DNA from: Epithemia pelagica
Taxonomy: Eukaryota > Protista > Bacillariophyta
DNA length: 64,000 bases
Assembly: GCA_946965045.2 (NCBI GenBank)
Contig: OX337237.1
Span: 2,976,001-3,040,000, forward strand
Reading direction: 5' to 3'
Shown: in pieces, positions 1-12,054 of the stretch
Layout: each line of letters starts with the position of its first letter
Numbering within the stretch: the first letter of the stretch is position 1
The notes under the pieces: model-generated
Told to the model about the DNA's origin: nothing
Database searches by the model: none
The model's input: the letters and a program-made list of their open reading frames with translations, nothing else
Position numbers and translations under genes: made by a program

Positions 1-1461
1 CATTCTATCCTCTGAAACGCTTAGCGCTGTACCCATGTGACATGCAACAAGGGATGGTGCGTACAAACTTGTCGGTGAGATGGACAGGCACAATCGAACC
101 GACAACGCAGCCAACAATTCTTCCTTCTTTGCAAGCTGGACATCGCTCTCCATCGAATTGCGTAGTTTCATTATTGCATAATCAAGCAGAGAACTTGGAG
201 CCAGTGACATTTTGCATGTAAGGAGAGCCTTCCATAGAGGACGACCCATTGAATACAAGATTAGCGGATCATGGCATGCTTCAACGTTCTTGGCAAGTAG
301 TGTGTCGCGATCATTGTTCACCCGAAAGCTAGATCCAAGGATAAAGGGCTTCAATGGCTTTTGATTATTGTCATCATATCCAGCATAAGGCTTGAATGAC
401 GAATCTTGATTCTCGTCATCGTACCTCGAACAGGGCTTCCATGACGGATCTTCGGGAGACAAATACGTTATGGAGGAAAATGTGGACATGACAACAAAAA
501 AAAGCCATTCCGACTCATCTGTAAACGTCTTGAACACGGCACGCAGGGCGCGGTAGAACGACACCCCGTCCGATGTGAATTTGTCCAAGAGCCATGATGC
601 TTCATCAACAACAAAGATAATCTTATTTTGACCAGTTGGCACCTTGGATATCGCCGGTGGCTTGGTGTCGGTAAGCAGTGGAGAAATTTTTGGTGAGACG
701 GAACCCGGGTTTTCCCCTGCAATCGCTTGGTTCAAAGCCACGCATATCTCCTGGTGGAGCGCATTTTCTAGCACTATCCTTGGGTACTTTGAGAAGTCCG
801 ACTCCTCAATCGTCACGTTCTTTGATGGGTAGGCTTTCTTGGAACTAAAGGTCCAGTAAACGACCTGATAGTTCTCGGGCGGATGATCTTTCAAATGAGT
901 AACGAGACGTGATTTCCCGTAGCCAGAGCTCTGAATGACCGCAAAAAACGGAGCGTTTTTTACGACAGATTCTTTCTTTCGTTGCAAGAAAATCTTCCGT
1001 TGCTCCTCAAGATGTCGTATGAATTCGAGATCATCCTCATGGCTTTCATAGTCCAGTCTAAATGCACTTTCAGCAGAGTCTTGGGCCAAATCCTTTTTTT
1101 CTCTTATCTCAAGAAACCTGCCAATTCTAGAGCATAACCACTTGTCAGTCTCGGCGGTGATCGTTGAAGGAAATTTCCTGGCAATCAAAATGATCTTGTG
1201 TGACTCCGATGCCTTGTTCCAGTCCTCCACGGTCGATTTTGCATCATTATATGCCTTTTCCAAAATGCCCACGCACGACCACTGCTGAGACTGAGATGCT
1301 TCGACCTCGTCGGTGTCGATGAGACTACTGTAGTCGTACGGCGGATGCCCCCGTTTGCTGCTTGTTTCTGTTGTTCCGGATGTAGCATCGACCATATTGA
1401 CGTCTTCCTCCTCTTCTTCCATTGCCAATTTCTCGCTTCCCTCGACTGTTCGCTTGGACAT
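1..1461 (-). CDS. P-loop NTPase, resembling Crinkler/RHS-type (CR) NTPases of fungi and oomycetes; 3'-partial, runs off the window
   Basis: Not in the ORF track; I translated it by hand. Open frame from ATG 1461 (MSKRTVEG) to base 1, 487 codons with no stop. Walker A IQSSGYGKSRL, Walker B IIFVVDEA, then MGRPLW and LVACHMG motifs. Confidence 0.8.
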   Translation of the reverse strand, partial: MSKRTVEGSEKLAMEEEEEDVNMVDATSGTTETSSKRGHPPYDYSSLIDTDEVEASQSQQWSCVGILEKAYNDAKSTVEDWNKASESHKIILIARKFPSTITAETDKWLCSRIGRFLEIREKKDLAQDSAESAFRLDYESHEDDLEFIRHLEEQRKIFLQRKKESVVKNAPFFAVIQSSGYGKSRLVTHLKDHPPENYQVVYWTFSSKKAYPSKNVTIEESDFSKYPRIVLENALHQEICVALNQAIAGENPGSVSPKISPLLTDTKPPAISKVPTGQNKIIFVVDEASWLLDKFTSDGVSFYRALRAVFKTFTDESEWLFFVVMSTFSSITYLSPEDPSWKPCSRYDDENQDSSFKPYAGYDDNNQKPLKPFILGSSFRVNNDRDTLLAKNVEACHDPLILYSMGRPLWKALLTCKMSLAPSSLLDYAIMKLRNSMESDVQLAKKEELLAALSVRLCLSISPTSLYAPSLVACHMGTALSVSEDRM

Positions 1462-1859
1462 GATGCTTTTGCACCAAAGATCGAAATTACATGTCGATGA
1501 ACAAAAAATGAACCCATGATGTGAAAAATATGAAAGGGCGCCCCCCCCTTTCTACAATATTATTTGGTGGCAGCGGTCTCTCCGTTGCTCGTCGTTCACT
1601 GACACGTCAGATGAAACGATAGTCTATTTCAGCTGCCGCGGCAGTCCCGCAGGACATACTCGACCGACTGCCCGGGCGCCATTTCGACGCGAGGGAACAG
1701 CCCTCCGGTGACGGGGGCCACACACAGACGACCATTTTAACGGACCCTGTAACTGGTCCTCCCAACCCACGATCGTGGAAGTGTCAGATGAAATCGAGCA
1801 AAAGATAGAGATAAAGGTCGCAAAAACTTATGTGGAGTACTATAAATCATCACAGTTAT

Positions 1860-1993
1860 TGAGCGATTGTAGCGGGTCCACATCAAAGTGGTGGACCAGT
1901 GTGTCCCGGCATCAACACGTTGAGCCAACGTACAATATGAAACCATTTTAGAAAATTGGTCGTATAGATTGTTGTTGTTGCTGATAAGCCAAT
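1860..1993 (-). pseudogene. GT61 C-terminal remnant (3' part of chimeric GT61 copy 1)
   Basis: Minus strand reads YQQQQQSI..FSKMVSYCTLAQRV..VHHFD (frameshifted), homologous to the GT61 copy 3 C-terminus at about 10230-10400. Confidence 0.7.
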
Positions 1994-2832
1994 TCGACCA
2001 CCGTCGGATTGCCATCCGTGGCAATCACCAGAGACGCTCCCAATCCACAGGTCCTCGTCGTGTTGTTGCCAGGCTTACGCAATCGCAATAGCAAGAGACT
2101 GCTATTCCCCACAACCAAACCCGTCGTTCCGGCTCTCGACGGTCCCCGTTCCATGTCCAACACGTATGGTTCCATGATTGTTTTTTTTGGTCTTGTTTCT
2201 TTTGACCCATACATCCAACGGCACGCTCCGGACTGCCAATTGCATACACGCTTGTTCGTAGGCACGGGAACCCCTTATCCGAGTTGCAACGATCCATTGA
2301 CACACACCTCTTGAAGGCTCGATGTGGATGTTGTCATAGCTGCCGATGCTGCTCCTGCTGTGAATGCTACGGGGTTGCGGTTGGGAGTCGTCCATGTTCA
2401 TCAACTAGCCATTGCAACCGATACGACAACCGCAACTCCGTGTTGCAAGACGTGTCGTTTCAATAGCTCCTGAAATACGTGTTGCTGTTGGTGTTGGTGC
2501 ATTATGTACCAGTGGTGGAACTTATTGTCGAGAGATTTCACGTCGTCGTTCGTGGCGGCTTCGTTGTCGTCGTTGTGGCTGTGGTTGTGGCTATATCCTT
2601 CTTTGTGAGCATGGGCAGCAACGACCGACTTGGGTCTTGTTGTTGTTGTTGTTGTTCTCCTGGTTCTATGACGGCCATTCTCATCACGACTCTTGATTTC
2701 GTGGTTGTGCTTGACTCGTGAAGGATCGAATTACAAGGAGTTATAAGTGATACTGACCAAATTCACTTGTTGTCGTTGTTGTTTTTGATGCTGCACGACA
2801 GAAACCAGACAGGAAAAGCAAAAGTGTCACTG
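1988..2832 (-). pseudogene. Degenerate inverted fragment of the neighbouring family-16 methyltransferase gene, embedded in GT61 copy 1
   Basis: Nucleotide and peptide similarity to about 4390-5346 (GTTGLVVGNSSLL, VIATDGNPTVVELA), with frameshifts and deletions. Confidence 0.8.
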
Positions 2833-2840
2833 AACGAAGC

Positions 2841-4016
2841 CTGTCGAGACCACCATGTAAATTGCTCTATTGGCTTCATATCTTCCATATTGGCACGTTC
2901 CACAATACAATCCGGGTACATTCGGCGAATAGCGTTCTCCAGTTGGTCCATGTTCCCCACTTTTCGATTCCCCAATCGGTTGACCAATCCAATTCGGAGA
3001 ACAGTAGTCTCATCCATAAGGACCACACTGCTGCTACTGGAGTTGGTGCTTTTGCTAATGTTGTTGTGGTTTCGATAAGTTTTTGTTTGATAGAGTCGAT
3101 TTCGCAACACTTGTCCATGTTGGGGATCCCAAAAGAATCGATAGTACGCGGCATCATTACGGTGTGGTCGAAACAAGTAATAGGTATGCGTGGCAGTGTT
3201 TCGTGGCAGCTCTGGTTTTGGCTTGGTGTGCTTTTTCCCCTTTGGTTGTTGCTTTTGGTCTTGTGGTTGATCGGCCGGACGCTTTATTAGTGAGACAACC
3301 GTACTATTCTGTGGCAGCTGCGACAGATTGAACTCTTTATAGTCGTAGGTACACTTCATCAGCTTGACAATCAAGGCCGCTCGCCAATCCTGTGCGACTG
3401 AACCCAAACCAGCCATGTGGTTGAGGTTGATATGACACTGAAATTTGTCCTGGTTCGGTTTGTGTTGTGAAGGAGAGGCTGCCTTGAGCTCTGCTTCCTT
3501 GGACTGAAAGAAACTCCAACATTGACTCAAGGCTTGCAGGGCATGCGGAAAGTGAGCGAAAATAAACGTGGACTTGTCGTCCAAAAAGCACCACAAGGCA
3601 ATGGTCTTTTGTGGCTCTGGTGCTTGTTCTGACGAAACAGGATGAGGCTGGGGAACTTGCAACTCCGTCTTGTTGTTGCTAGTGTTCTTGTTGTAGGACG
3701 CTGCTGGTGGGGTGGTATCCTCCTGTGAACCTTGCAACTCCGCGCTCTTGTTGTTGCGGTTGCTTCTCATGCCAACGAATCCTGGCGGTGTTTCTTCTAC
3801 TGGTGGAGCGTGTTCGTTTTCGTGGCTGTCCCCCACCATGAACGACGACGAGAGTTCCAGGAGGAATGGACGAGATGTGACAAGGATTCCCGTCAATGCC
3901 ATTGCAATTGTGGTGACAAGGACAGTTCGCCACCGAAAAAGAAGGCTTCTTTTGGAAGAAAACGGCGTCGCTGTTGTCCTTGACCGATCACACTGGGACC
4001 GGCTCCTCTTCCTCAT
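2841..4016 (-). pseudogene. GT61 glycosyltransferase copy 1, truncated before the HGA motif
   Basis: N-terminal TM anchor, HFPHALQALSQCWSFF and LRIGLVNR...QFTWWSRQ; homology then stops abruptly. The ORF track extends to 2763 only through foreign sequence. Confidence 0.85.
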
Positions 4017-4289
4017 GGTTCAGTCTATTATATCTTGTCATCCAAGATTTTTGTGGGGGACGCTTGTGGACGCCACGTGTCTTGATTTCTGGTTGGGATA
4101 GAGCCACGTTCCTATCGATGGGTCGCGCTTCGAACGCGGAGCGGTCGACGAAATAGAGTGACGTATACTTTGGATACTTTTTTCATTTCACGCAGCACTT
4201 GACACCAACCCAGTCCTTTAGAGTTGTGTTGCAATCGTTGGGCTATATTCGATATCTACAGGAAACGACGGCGAGCCATCAATTGAAGA

Positions 4290-4564
4290 ATGACGCGCTA
4301 CAATGTTCTGGTTCCGTCCTCACGAGTTCGACAACAACAACAACAAGAACAACCACATGGGTCCGCTCGGCGGTGGCGGCTGCTTTGGCCCGTGACAGTG
4401 TTGCTGCTGTTCCAGTCTGCCTTTGGTCGTGCCACCACAACTACAATCACAACAAGTGCCTTTGGTCACCATCCCCGACTCTTTGTACTCCATCCTTCTT
4501 CACGCAACAACAAACACCAAGCCACGAGTCCTCTTGCGAATGTCCCCAAACGAACCATTACGAG

Positions 4565-4595
<31 letters not shown>

Positions 4596-5903
4596 GGTCG
4601 ATCGTTTCGGCCAAGGCTCACAAAGGAGGATCCCCACAATCACGACGACGACGACGCCGACGATGACGACGACAGCCGCCACAAACGACAACCTAAAATC
4701 TCTCGACCACCAGTACCACCACTAATGGTACATTCTACTAGAGCACCACCACCAACCGCACCACTTCCACCACCACCACGACAACAACAACGACGAAACG
4801 TCTTGCACCACGGAGTTGCGGCTGTCCTTTCGCTTGCAATGACCAGTGGAGGAGGATGGGCAAGTCTCCACCACACCCCTGCGGCATTCGCAGCAGCAGC
4901 AGCAACAACAACAACAACAACGAGCCTGGAAGAGGTGTGTGCCAATGGATCCTTGCAACTCGAACAAGCAGTGCCCGGTGCCTACGAACAAGCGTGTATG
5001 CAATTGCCGGTCCGGACCGTGCCGTTGGACGTCCGGGTTCATGCTGCCTCGAGCAGCCAAAAACATTCCTCCAAACAACCAACTACTAGAATGGAACGAA
5101 CCGTGTTGGAACTGGAACAGGGTGCGTCGGGGGCCGGAACGACGGGTCTGGCCGTGTGGAATAGCAGTCTCTTGATGGTCCGATTGCTCCAAGCCTTGCA
5201 ACACCGCGACGTGGACTGCTTTGTTCGACAATCCTGTATTGTCGAAGTGGGATGTGGAACCGGCTTGGTGAGTTTGGCCGTCAGTCGATTGGGAGCGCCT
5301 TGGGTGATTGCCACGGATAGCAATCCGACCGTGGTCGAATTGGCCCAACGCAATGTCCAACGGAATCGGATACGAGCCGCAAAACCACCACCACCCGACC
5401 ATTCGAATGGTTCTTCTCCTTCAGGTCCAGACCCGAGTGTGGTCGAGGTATCCCAATTGTCGTGGGGCGCCTTGTCGGCCGTGGACTATGCCGAACGGGC
5501 CAGTTTGATGGTGGGATCCGATTTGACCTACAATGCGGGAAGTTGGCGAGCCTTGGCCGAAACGTGGGACACGATGTTGCACCCCACGGGCAGTGTCTTG
5601 TATGTGACCTTGGGACACGATGGATTGACCCCCACGGCCGAACTATCGGGCTTTTTGGCCGTGGCACGAGCCTGTGGATTGGTCCCCGTCACACCCGCCG
5701 ATGTCACCTGGCCCTTTGCTACCAGTACCAACGACAAGAAGGCGTCCTCGTCCTCCTTGCTGCAAGTGTTGGCACCCACCTTGTCTCCCTCGGAACAAGC
5801 CTTGATTCAATCGACCGGAGGCATTGGCATTGTTGTGTTGCAAAAAACGGCTCATGTCAACCGTGGTCGCAACAGCACTACGGGTGTCGCAGGAATGAGT
5901 TGA
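4290..5903 (+). CDS. SAM-dependent methyltransferase family 16 (METTL21-like protein lysine methyltransferase), possible bipartite plastid presequence
   Basis: 537-aa ORF with TGLAVWNSS, VEVGCGTGLVS (motif I), VIATD, LSWG and GSDLTYN. Hydrophobic N-terminus ending QSA-F, then an S/T/R-rich stretch. Confidence 0.85.
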
Positions 5904-5904
5904 G

Positions 5905-6140
5905 TGTCCTATATCCTTTTGTCGCGCGGCACCACTCTCCATACCTGCTATACTCTACACAATGGATTCTTGTGCTATGCTAATAACACTACAAGGACAA
6001 GAACGTGACTGGTAGTGTTGTGGCGGGTGTCCTATGTCCTAGTCGCGGCACCACTCGACGTTCCTGCTACTATAAACAATGGATTCTTTTGCTATACTAA
6101 TACCACTACAAGGACAGCCGAGTGATTGGTTGTGTTGTGG
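5905..6140. repeat. Degenerate ~120-bp tandem duplication
   Basis: gtcctat..cgcggcaccactc..caatggattct..cactacaaggaca..tgttgtgg occurs twice in tandem. Confidence 0.7.
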
Positions 6141-8590
6141 AACGCAACACCACAGTGTGTCACACAAAAACCAAACGCCTCACACTTTCTATACTCGAAT
6201 CAGCAGCCATGATTCTCCCGGACTACCTAGGATTTTGTGATGACTGACTTTATAATAAGACGCACGCAGTCATGGTTTCAATCCTGGCGAGTGTTTCACG
6301 GTGTGGTGGAGACCACCGAACGAAACTCTCGATGTGCTGACCAAACATATACTAGATACCATTGTCTCCCGAGTAGGTTTCCTCTCTCGTCCAAGATGGT
6401 ATCAACCATCAAATTTTTAGACCATGATTTCGTTCCTTTGTCTCCTCTAGAGTTTCAAAAAAGTTATCCTGGCTATTATGTCTCTAAAATAATAGGTCCA
6501 GATTCGCCTCCAATCTTCAATCGCGGAACGCCAACCGACGACGAATTCGTTCCCAACCAGATAAAGCGCCGTGGCTGTTGCACGAATTCAATGGGCCAAT
6601 GGAAGGCGGAAACGACAGAAGACAAAGCATAGACACACATTCGATGCAACCATGATGCGGCGGTCCCAAAATCTCTCCATGAATGCAAATAATGTGACGT
6701 CTCTTCCAAGACGACTTTTTCAATGGAGGAATCTCGTTGTTACCACAATATTGATGACATTTATTGGAAACTTTGCCACATCTCGTCAATTTCTCCACGT
6801 CTTCCATGGCGGCTTGGGAAGCTCCACCAGTAGTCGAAGTATCACCAGACTTTGGGGGGAGCACCAATGTCTACAACATTAGCAACACAAACAAGTCGGA
6901 GTTCCAAGTTACCAGAAATCGTCCAGTTATACCAGCAGTGGCTTACCACAACAAAGAGCCACAAGCACCCGAACCACAGCAGCCGAACAGGACCATTGCC
7001 TTGTGGTGCTTTTTGGACGAGGCTTCCACTTATTTGTTCCTTCATTTTCCGCATGCACTGCAAGCCTTGAGTCAATGTTGGAGTTTCTTTCAGTCCAAGG
7101 AAGCAGAGCTCAAGGCAGAATCTCCTTCACAACACCAGGACAAGTTTGAGTGTCATATCAACCTCAACCGCGTGGCAGGTTTGGGTTCCGTCGACAAGGA
7201 TTGGCGAGCGGCCTTGGTCGTGGAGATTATGCAGTGTACCTACAGCTACACACGGTTCAATCTGTCACAGCTACCACAAAATAGTACGGTTGTCTCACTA
7301 AAGCGCCCAGTCGATAAACCACAAGACCAAAACCAACCAAAGGGGAAGAAGCACACGAAACGGAAACCAGAATTGCCACGAAACAGTGCCACTCATACCT
7401 TTTACTTGTTTCGGCCACACCGCAACGATTCCGCAGATCATCGATTTTTTTGGGATCCGCAACATGGGCAAGTATTGTGGAATCGTCTCTTTGCAACAGA
7501 AACCTATCGAAAAACAAACCTTTTTCCTCTTTTGACGACGAACAACAAAACCACCAATTCCACTGGCAGCAGCATGGCCCTAATGGATGAGCCTGTTCTC
7601 CGAATTGGATTGGTCAATCGATTGAAAGATCGAAAAATTGGAAACATGGACCAACTGGAGAAAGCTATACAGCGAATGTACCCGGATTGTATTGTGGAAC
7701 GTGCCAATATGGAAGGCATGACGCCTCTGCAACAATTCACGTGGTGGTCTCGACAGTCCATTGTAATTCTTCCACACGGTGCTGCCTCAACCAATCTCTT
7801 GTTTTTGAAAGCAGGATCGGCCATTATTGAATTGTTTCCTCCCCACTACTACGAATTTGGCTTTTGGGCCTTGTCCAAAAGTTTAAACGTGCGCTACTAT
7901 GGATACTTTCCCTTTCTGGCGACAACTGGCAATACGAGTCGATCCGTGCGAAATGATCTCGTCGTGGAGATGTACGCCGAATTTAAACAAAATTGTAGAA
8001 GAATAACTGTGGATCAAATAAATCGCATCATCCCAGTTCATTACCCATCCATTCCTCATGTCCTTGTCCTTCTTCGACGGGCCGTGGCCGATTGGCAACA
8101 TTATCAGCAGCAACAACAAAGTATTCAACTGAATCAAAGTGACAGGAACGTGTCATCGTGGTCCTATGTACCCCAAATTTTTAAAATGGTATCCTGGTGT
8201 TGGTCGGGTCAACAAGTTTTGCCCAACAAGGACAATCTGGTCCATCACTTTGACCACGATCCACCACAATGGCTCATGGATGAATACTCGTGAGGCATCA
8301 GTCGAGATGAAACTGTCTGGATTCTAAATGTGGTTTATCCGTCGATTTGGTCCACCCACTTATTCACCACCGCCAAGAATGACTCCGACGACGACGATCC
8401 TGGCAAAGAATATGCTCCTCGTCTTTATTCCACGTGTGTTCGGGGCTCTTTGGGTAGGAACAAAATATTATATAGGCCATGATGGTTTCCTTCCTTGCAT
8501 GCGTCTCCCGAAATCTAGGAGTAGAGCCGAACGAGCCGTAATCGTCGGTGGGAGTAAAAGCTATATCATGGCTAGGAAGGTTTCACGCAT
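6110..8590. repeat. Segment duplicated in inverted orientation at about 17375-19945 (GT61 gene plus both flanks)
   Basis: The upstream, coding and downstream sequences all align to the reverse complement of 17375-19945, e.g. gagaccaccgaacgaaa and gcatgcgtctcccgaaatctag. Confidence 0.85.
6652..8293 (+). pseudogene. GT61 glycosyltransferase copy 2, frameshifted just after the TM anchor
   Basis: ATG 6652 (MMRRSQN) matches the copy 5 start. An 11-bp deletion (ctttctgaaac) at about 6791 relative to copy 5 shifts into the 6764-8293 frame, which holds the full GT61 domain (ILPHGAASTNLLFL, IELFPP). Confidence 0.8.
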
Positions 8591-8775
8591 GGGCCAACAG
8601 GATTCTCGTCGCACCGCTGCATTCGCTCCCGACCAGAAACTGGTACACGTGGCATCCAGAAAACGGCTTCATATAGGAAAAGAAAAAAGAACAGCGCCCC
8701 CAAATTGAGAATACGAGGACGAGTGTATTATAGAGTCGCAATTCAAAAGAGACAAAACGAAGAGGAAGCAACCAC

Positions 8776-10412
8776 ATGATGAGCAGTTACCGAAATCGCT
8801 CTACTACCTCAACGCTTTCTCCAAGAAGACTTTTCCAGCGGCGGAATCTCGTGGCAACCACAATGTTTATGGCATTCTTTGGAAACTTTTTCGCGTCTCG
8901 TCAATACCTTCTTCATCTCTCGTCTTCCATGGCTACGAAATCGAATGGCAAGGAAGAGGCACACCACCCAACCGTTGCACCAGGCTTGATGCCCAAGGAT
9001 ATCTACAACAACCAATCCGAGTTTCAAGGTTCACAGGAACAACCAAGTGCACCATGAGTGTCGCAACAACACGAACAACAGAGCAGGACCATTGCCTTGT
9101 GGTGCTTTTTGGAAGAGGGTACGACCTTTTTATTCTTTCATTTTCCACATGCACTGCAAGCCCTGAGTCAATGCTGGAGCTTCTTTCAGTCCAAGCAAAA
9201 AGAACTCCTGGAAGCGTCTCCCCAACTGTCAAACAAGGTCAAGTTTCAGTGTCATATCAACCTCAACCTAAAACGCAGCAACATGGCAGGTTTTTGGGAC
9301 AAGTCGACAAGGATTGGCGAACAGCATTGGTCGTGGAGATTATGCAGTGTACCTACAGCGACCAACAATTCGATATGTCTTCTCTTCCTCCAACGAGTAC
9401 GGTGGTCTCCCTAGGTCCCGAAAACCAACCACAAAAACAGCAAACGCAACAACCAAAGGGGAAGAAGCACACCAAGCCAAAACCAGCCTTGCCTCGGAAC
9501 AACGCAACTCATACCTATTACTTGTTCCGACCGCACCGTAGAGATGCTGCTTATCATCGATTTTTTTGGAATCCTCACCATGGACAAGTATTGCGGAATC
9601 GTCTGTTTGAAACAGAAACCTATCGAATCTTGTCTCGTAATCACTCCGGTATCGATAACTACAAGAACAACATCAATGAATCCACAAGTTCTAACAACCA
9701 CATGGCCCTCATGGATGAAACTGTTCTACGGATTGGCTTGGTCAATCGATTGAGTCATCGCAAAATTGGGAACATGGACCAACTGGAGAAAGCTATTCGC
9801 CGAATGCACCCGGATTGTATTGTGGAGCGTGCCAACATGGAAGGCAAGACGCCGCTGCATCAATTCACGTGGTGGTCTCGACAATCGGTTGTCATTCTTC
9901 CACACGGTGCTGGCTCAACCAATCTCCTGTTTTTGAAAGCAGGATCGGCCATTATTGAACTGTTTCCTCCCCACTACTACGAATTTGGCTATTGGGCCTT
10001 GTCCAAAAGTATAAATGTGCGCTTCTATGGGTACTTTCCCTTTATGGTCACAACGGGCAACACGAGCCAATCCACACGAAATGATCTGGTCACGGAAATG
10101 TACGAGGAGTTCAAACACAATTGCAGAAATACTGTTTTCGACCACTCAAATCGCATGACCCCAGTTCATCATCCATCCATTCCGCATGTGCTTGTCATTC
10201 TAAAACGGGCAGTGTCCGATTGGCAACATTACCAACAACAACAAATTATTCCACTGAATCAAAGTGACAGGAACGTCTCATCATGGTCCTATGTACCCCA
10301 GATTTCGAAAATGGCGTCGCATTGTGAATTGGCTCAACGTGTGCATGCTTGGGATGTCGTCCACCATTTTGACGAGGACCCGCCACCATCCCTCTTGAAG
10401 GAGTTCTCGTGA
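8776..10412 (+). pseudogene. GT61 glycosyltransferase copy 3 with a nonsense codon and a frameshift
   Basis: 8776-9057 and 9058-9414 are in the same frame, separated by TGA 9055-9057. A +2 T slip in ggtttttggga (about 9290) shifts into the 9054-10412 frame, which holds the GT61 domain. Confidence 0.8.
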
Positions 10413-11064
10413 GACATTGGTAGCAAATCTCGGTTTCATTGCCATCGTCTTTTCTCCATATCCAACCTGTACACACTTGCGAAGGGAAGCGACAATGATG
10501 GATCGTGGGGGAAGGGGGGTCAAACCGTTTTCCATTCCAATGGAGATTCCGAGTGCCAAGTTGACACCGGATCTCTTTCTCTTATTTGGAAGGATTGATG
10601 TTTGTGGTGGCTTTTCATGGAGACGCTGATGACGTTGTGGAATTTGGAATGCACTTTTTTGTGTGGAACGAAGCACCAAGAACAAGTCGCCCCGCGCGCT
10701 CAAACGCCCCAAGTTCGCGCCGGCTCTTTTGTGCTCACAAAAATCTGGGGGCACCACAAAAAGAGCATTGACGATATATGCAAAGCATGTCCCCTCGGGA
10801 CGGACGAAGCAGCGATGCCCTTGGCCATAGATTCAATGAAAGGAAAGGCGCTTCTTCAAATGACCTTGAGCAAACTACTTCTTACGCATAGTGATGGAAA
10901 ACTGCAACCTAATAGAGTGAAGTAGTGCGAACAGTCCTTCAAAACGTCTCACTTGGACATCTGGACAACAGGTCTTCCCACATGTGCTACGATTGCATCC
11001 TTTGAAGCGGAACCTGGTCCCGCTGGTGGTTGGGAAACGTTATTCTTGGTCGGTTCCACAGCTT

Positions 11065-11420
11065 GTGGCGGACTAGCCTTTTTGGTCAACACTGTGCGTC
11101 GGTCAACAAGCAATTCGATTCCGTCAACAAGCAATTGTGTCTTGGTTCTTTGGAGGGTAAGCTGGGTTTCTTGAAGCAGGACCGTCGTGCGTTGGAACTC
11201 TTTGGTCTCATGACACAAAACGATGACGTGAAAACTTGTATTGCAGAAAAGATGGATGAACTAGGACCGGACATCATTCAGGCACCGAAAAAAGATGGGG
11301 GAACTAGACGACGAGATCAAGAAAAAGGGAAACGAAATCAATACGCTACAACAAAAGATCGCCCCTGTATAACATCGACAATAAGCCGGATTGATGGAAT
11401 CATCCAGTGCCGATGATTCA
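11065..11420. repeat. Degenerate coding-like segment with an inverted copy at about 19945-20300
   Basis: Shared strings such as gttggaactctttggtct, gatggatgaactagga and ggggaactagacgacgagatcaagaaa. No intact ORF in either copy. Confidence 0.7.
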
Positions 11421-12054
11421 ACAGGGCTTGTCTAACTTGAAAGGACGTTCCAGTCGTTTCGACCTGTTGTCTACTCCAGATCTTGCGCTACTCGTGGCAG
11501 GAAAGGCTTTTGGATTTTGCGGAGGCGAACAGTTTGCGTATTAAGATGGGAACCAGCGAATGTGCCAGCTTTGGGACAAACTTGGAAACTCGATTCGAGC
11601 GTCCTCGAATGGCAAGGAATCAAAGGAACATGAGAATGGACATTCGTTTCGAGAGTGTCAAAAACACAGTGTCTGATAGCGTCATGTTGTGTCCCACATA
11701 TCGCTATGCTCCTCTAGCTCCTCTCTTACTCCTATCCTTTTTTAAACGCTATCTCTCGAGAGCTCAATAGCACAAAACAAGGAGCTCTACTATACTCCTA
11801 GTAGAGCAAGGACGCGTCAAAAAGAAACAGCGAACTGTGGAAGTAATGACCTTCCCGCACAAGATACTGCGATTCCATGACGTGAACCGAGGAGGTGCAA
11901 GCAGCACCTTGTGGTTGATGTGTTTCGTTGTGTTGTGTGAATCACAGGCCGGCCCATTGAGAAATACGTGCCGTGTTTCTTTTTTTCTCTCAAAAGTCCA
12001 CACAAGGAGGATTCTCGTCGTTTGCGGATTCCTCTGTGGATCGTCGTTATATCC

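Noticed and set aside
1560-1749. CAGGG-starting GC-rich end upstream of the NTPase as a hAT-like terminus
   Set aside because: No partner TIR or TSD is visible in the window, so it cannot be supported.
10417-11416. Short ORFs as an intact gene
   Set aside because: Fragmented across frames, and the paralogous inverted copy is equally broken; at most a decayed coiled-coil gene.
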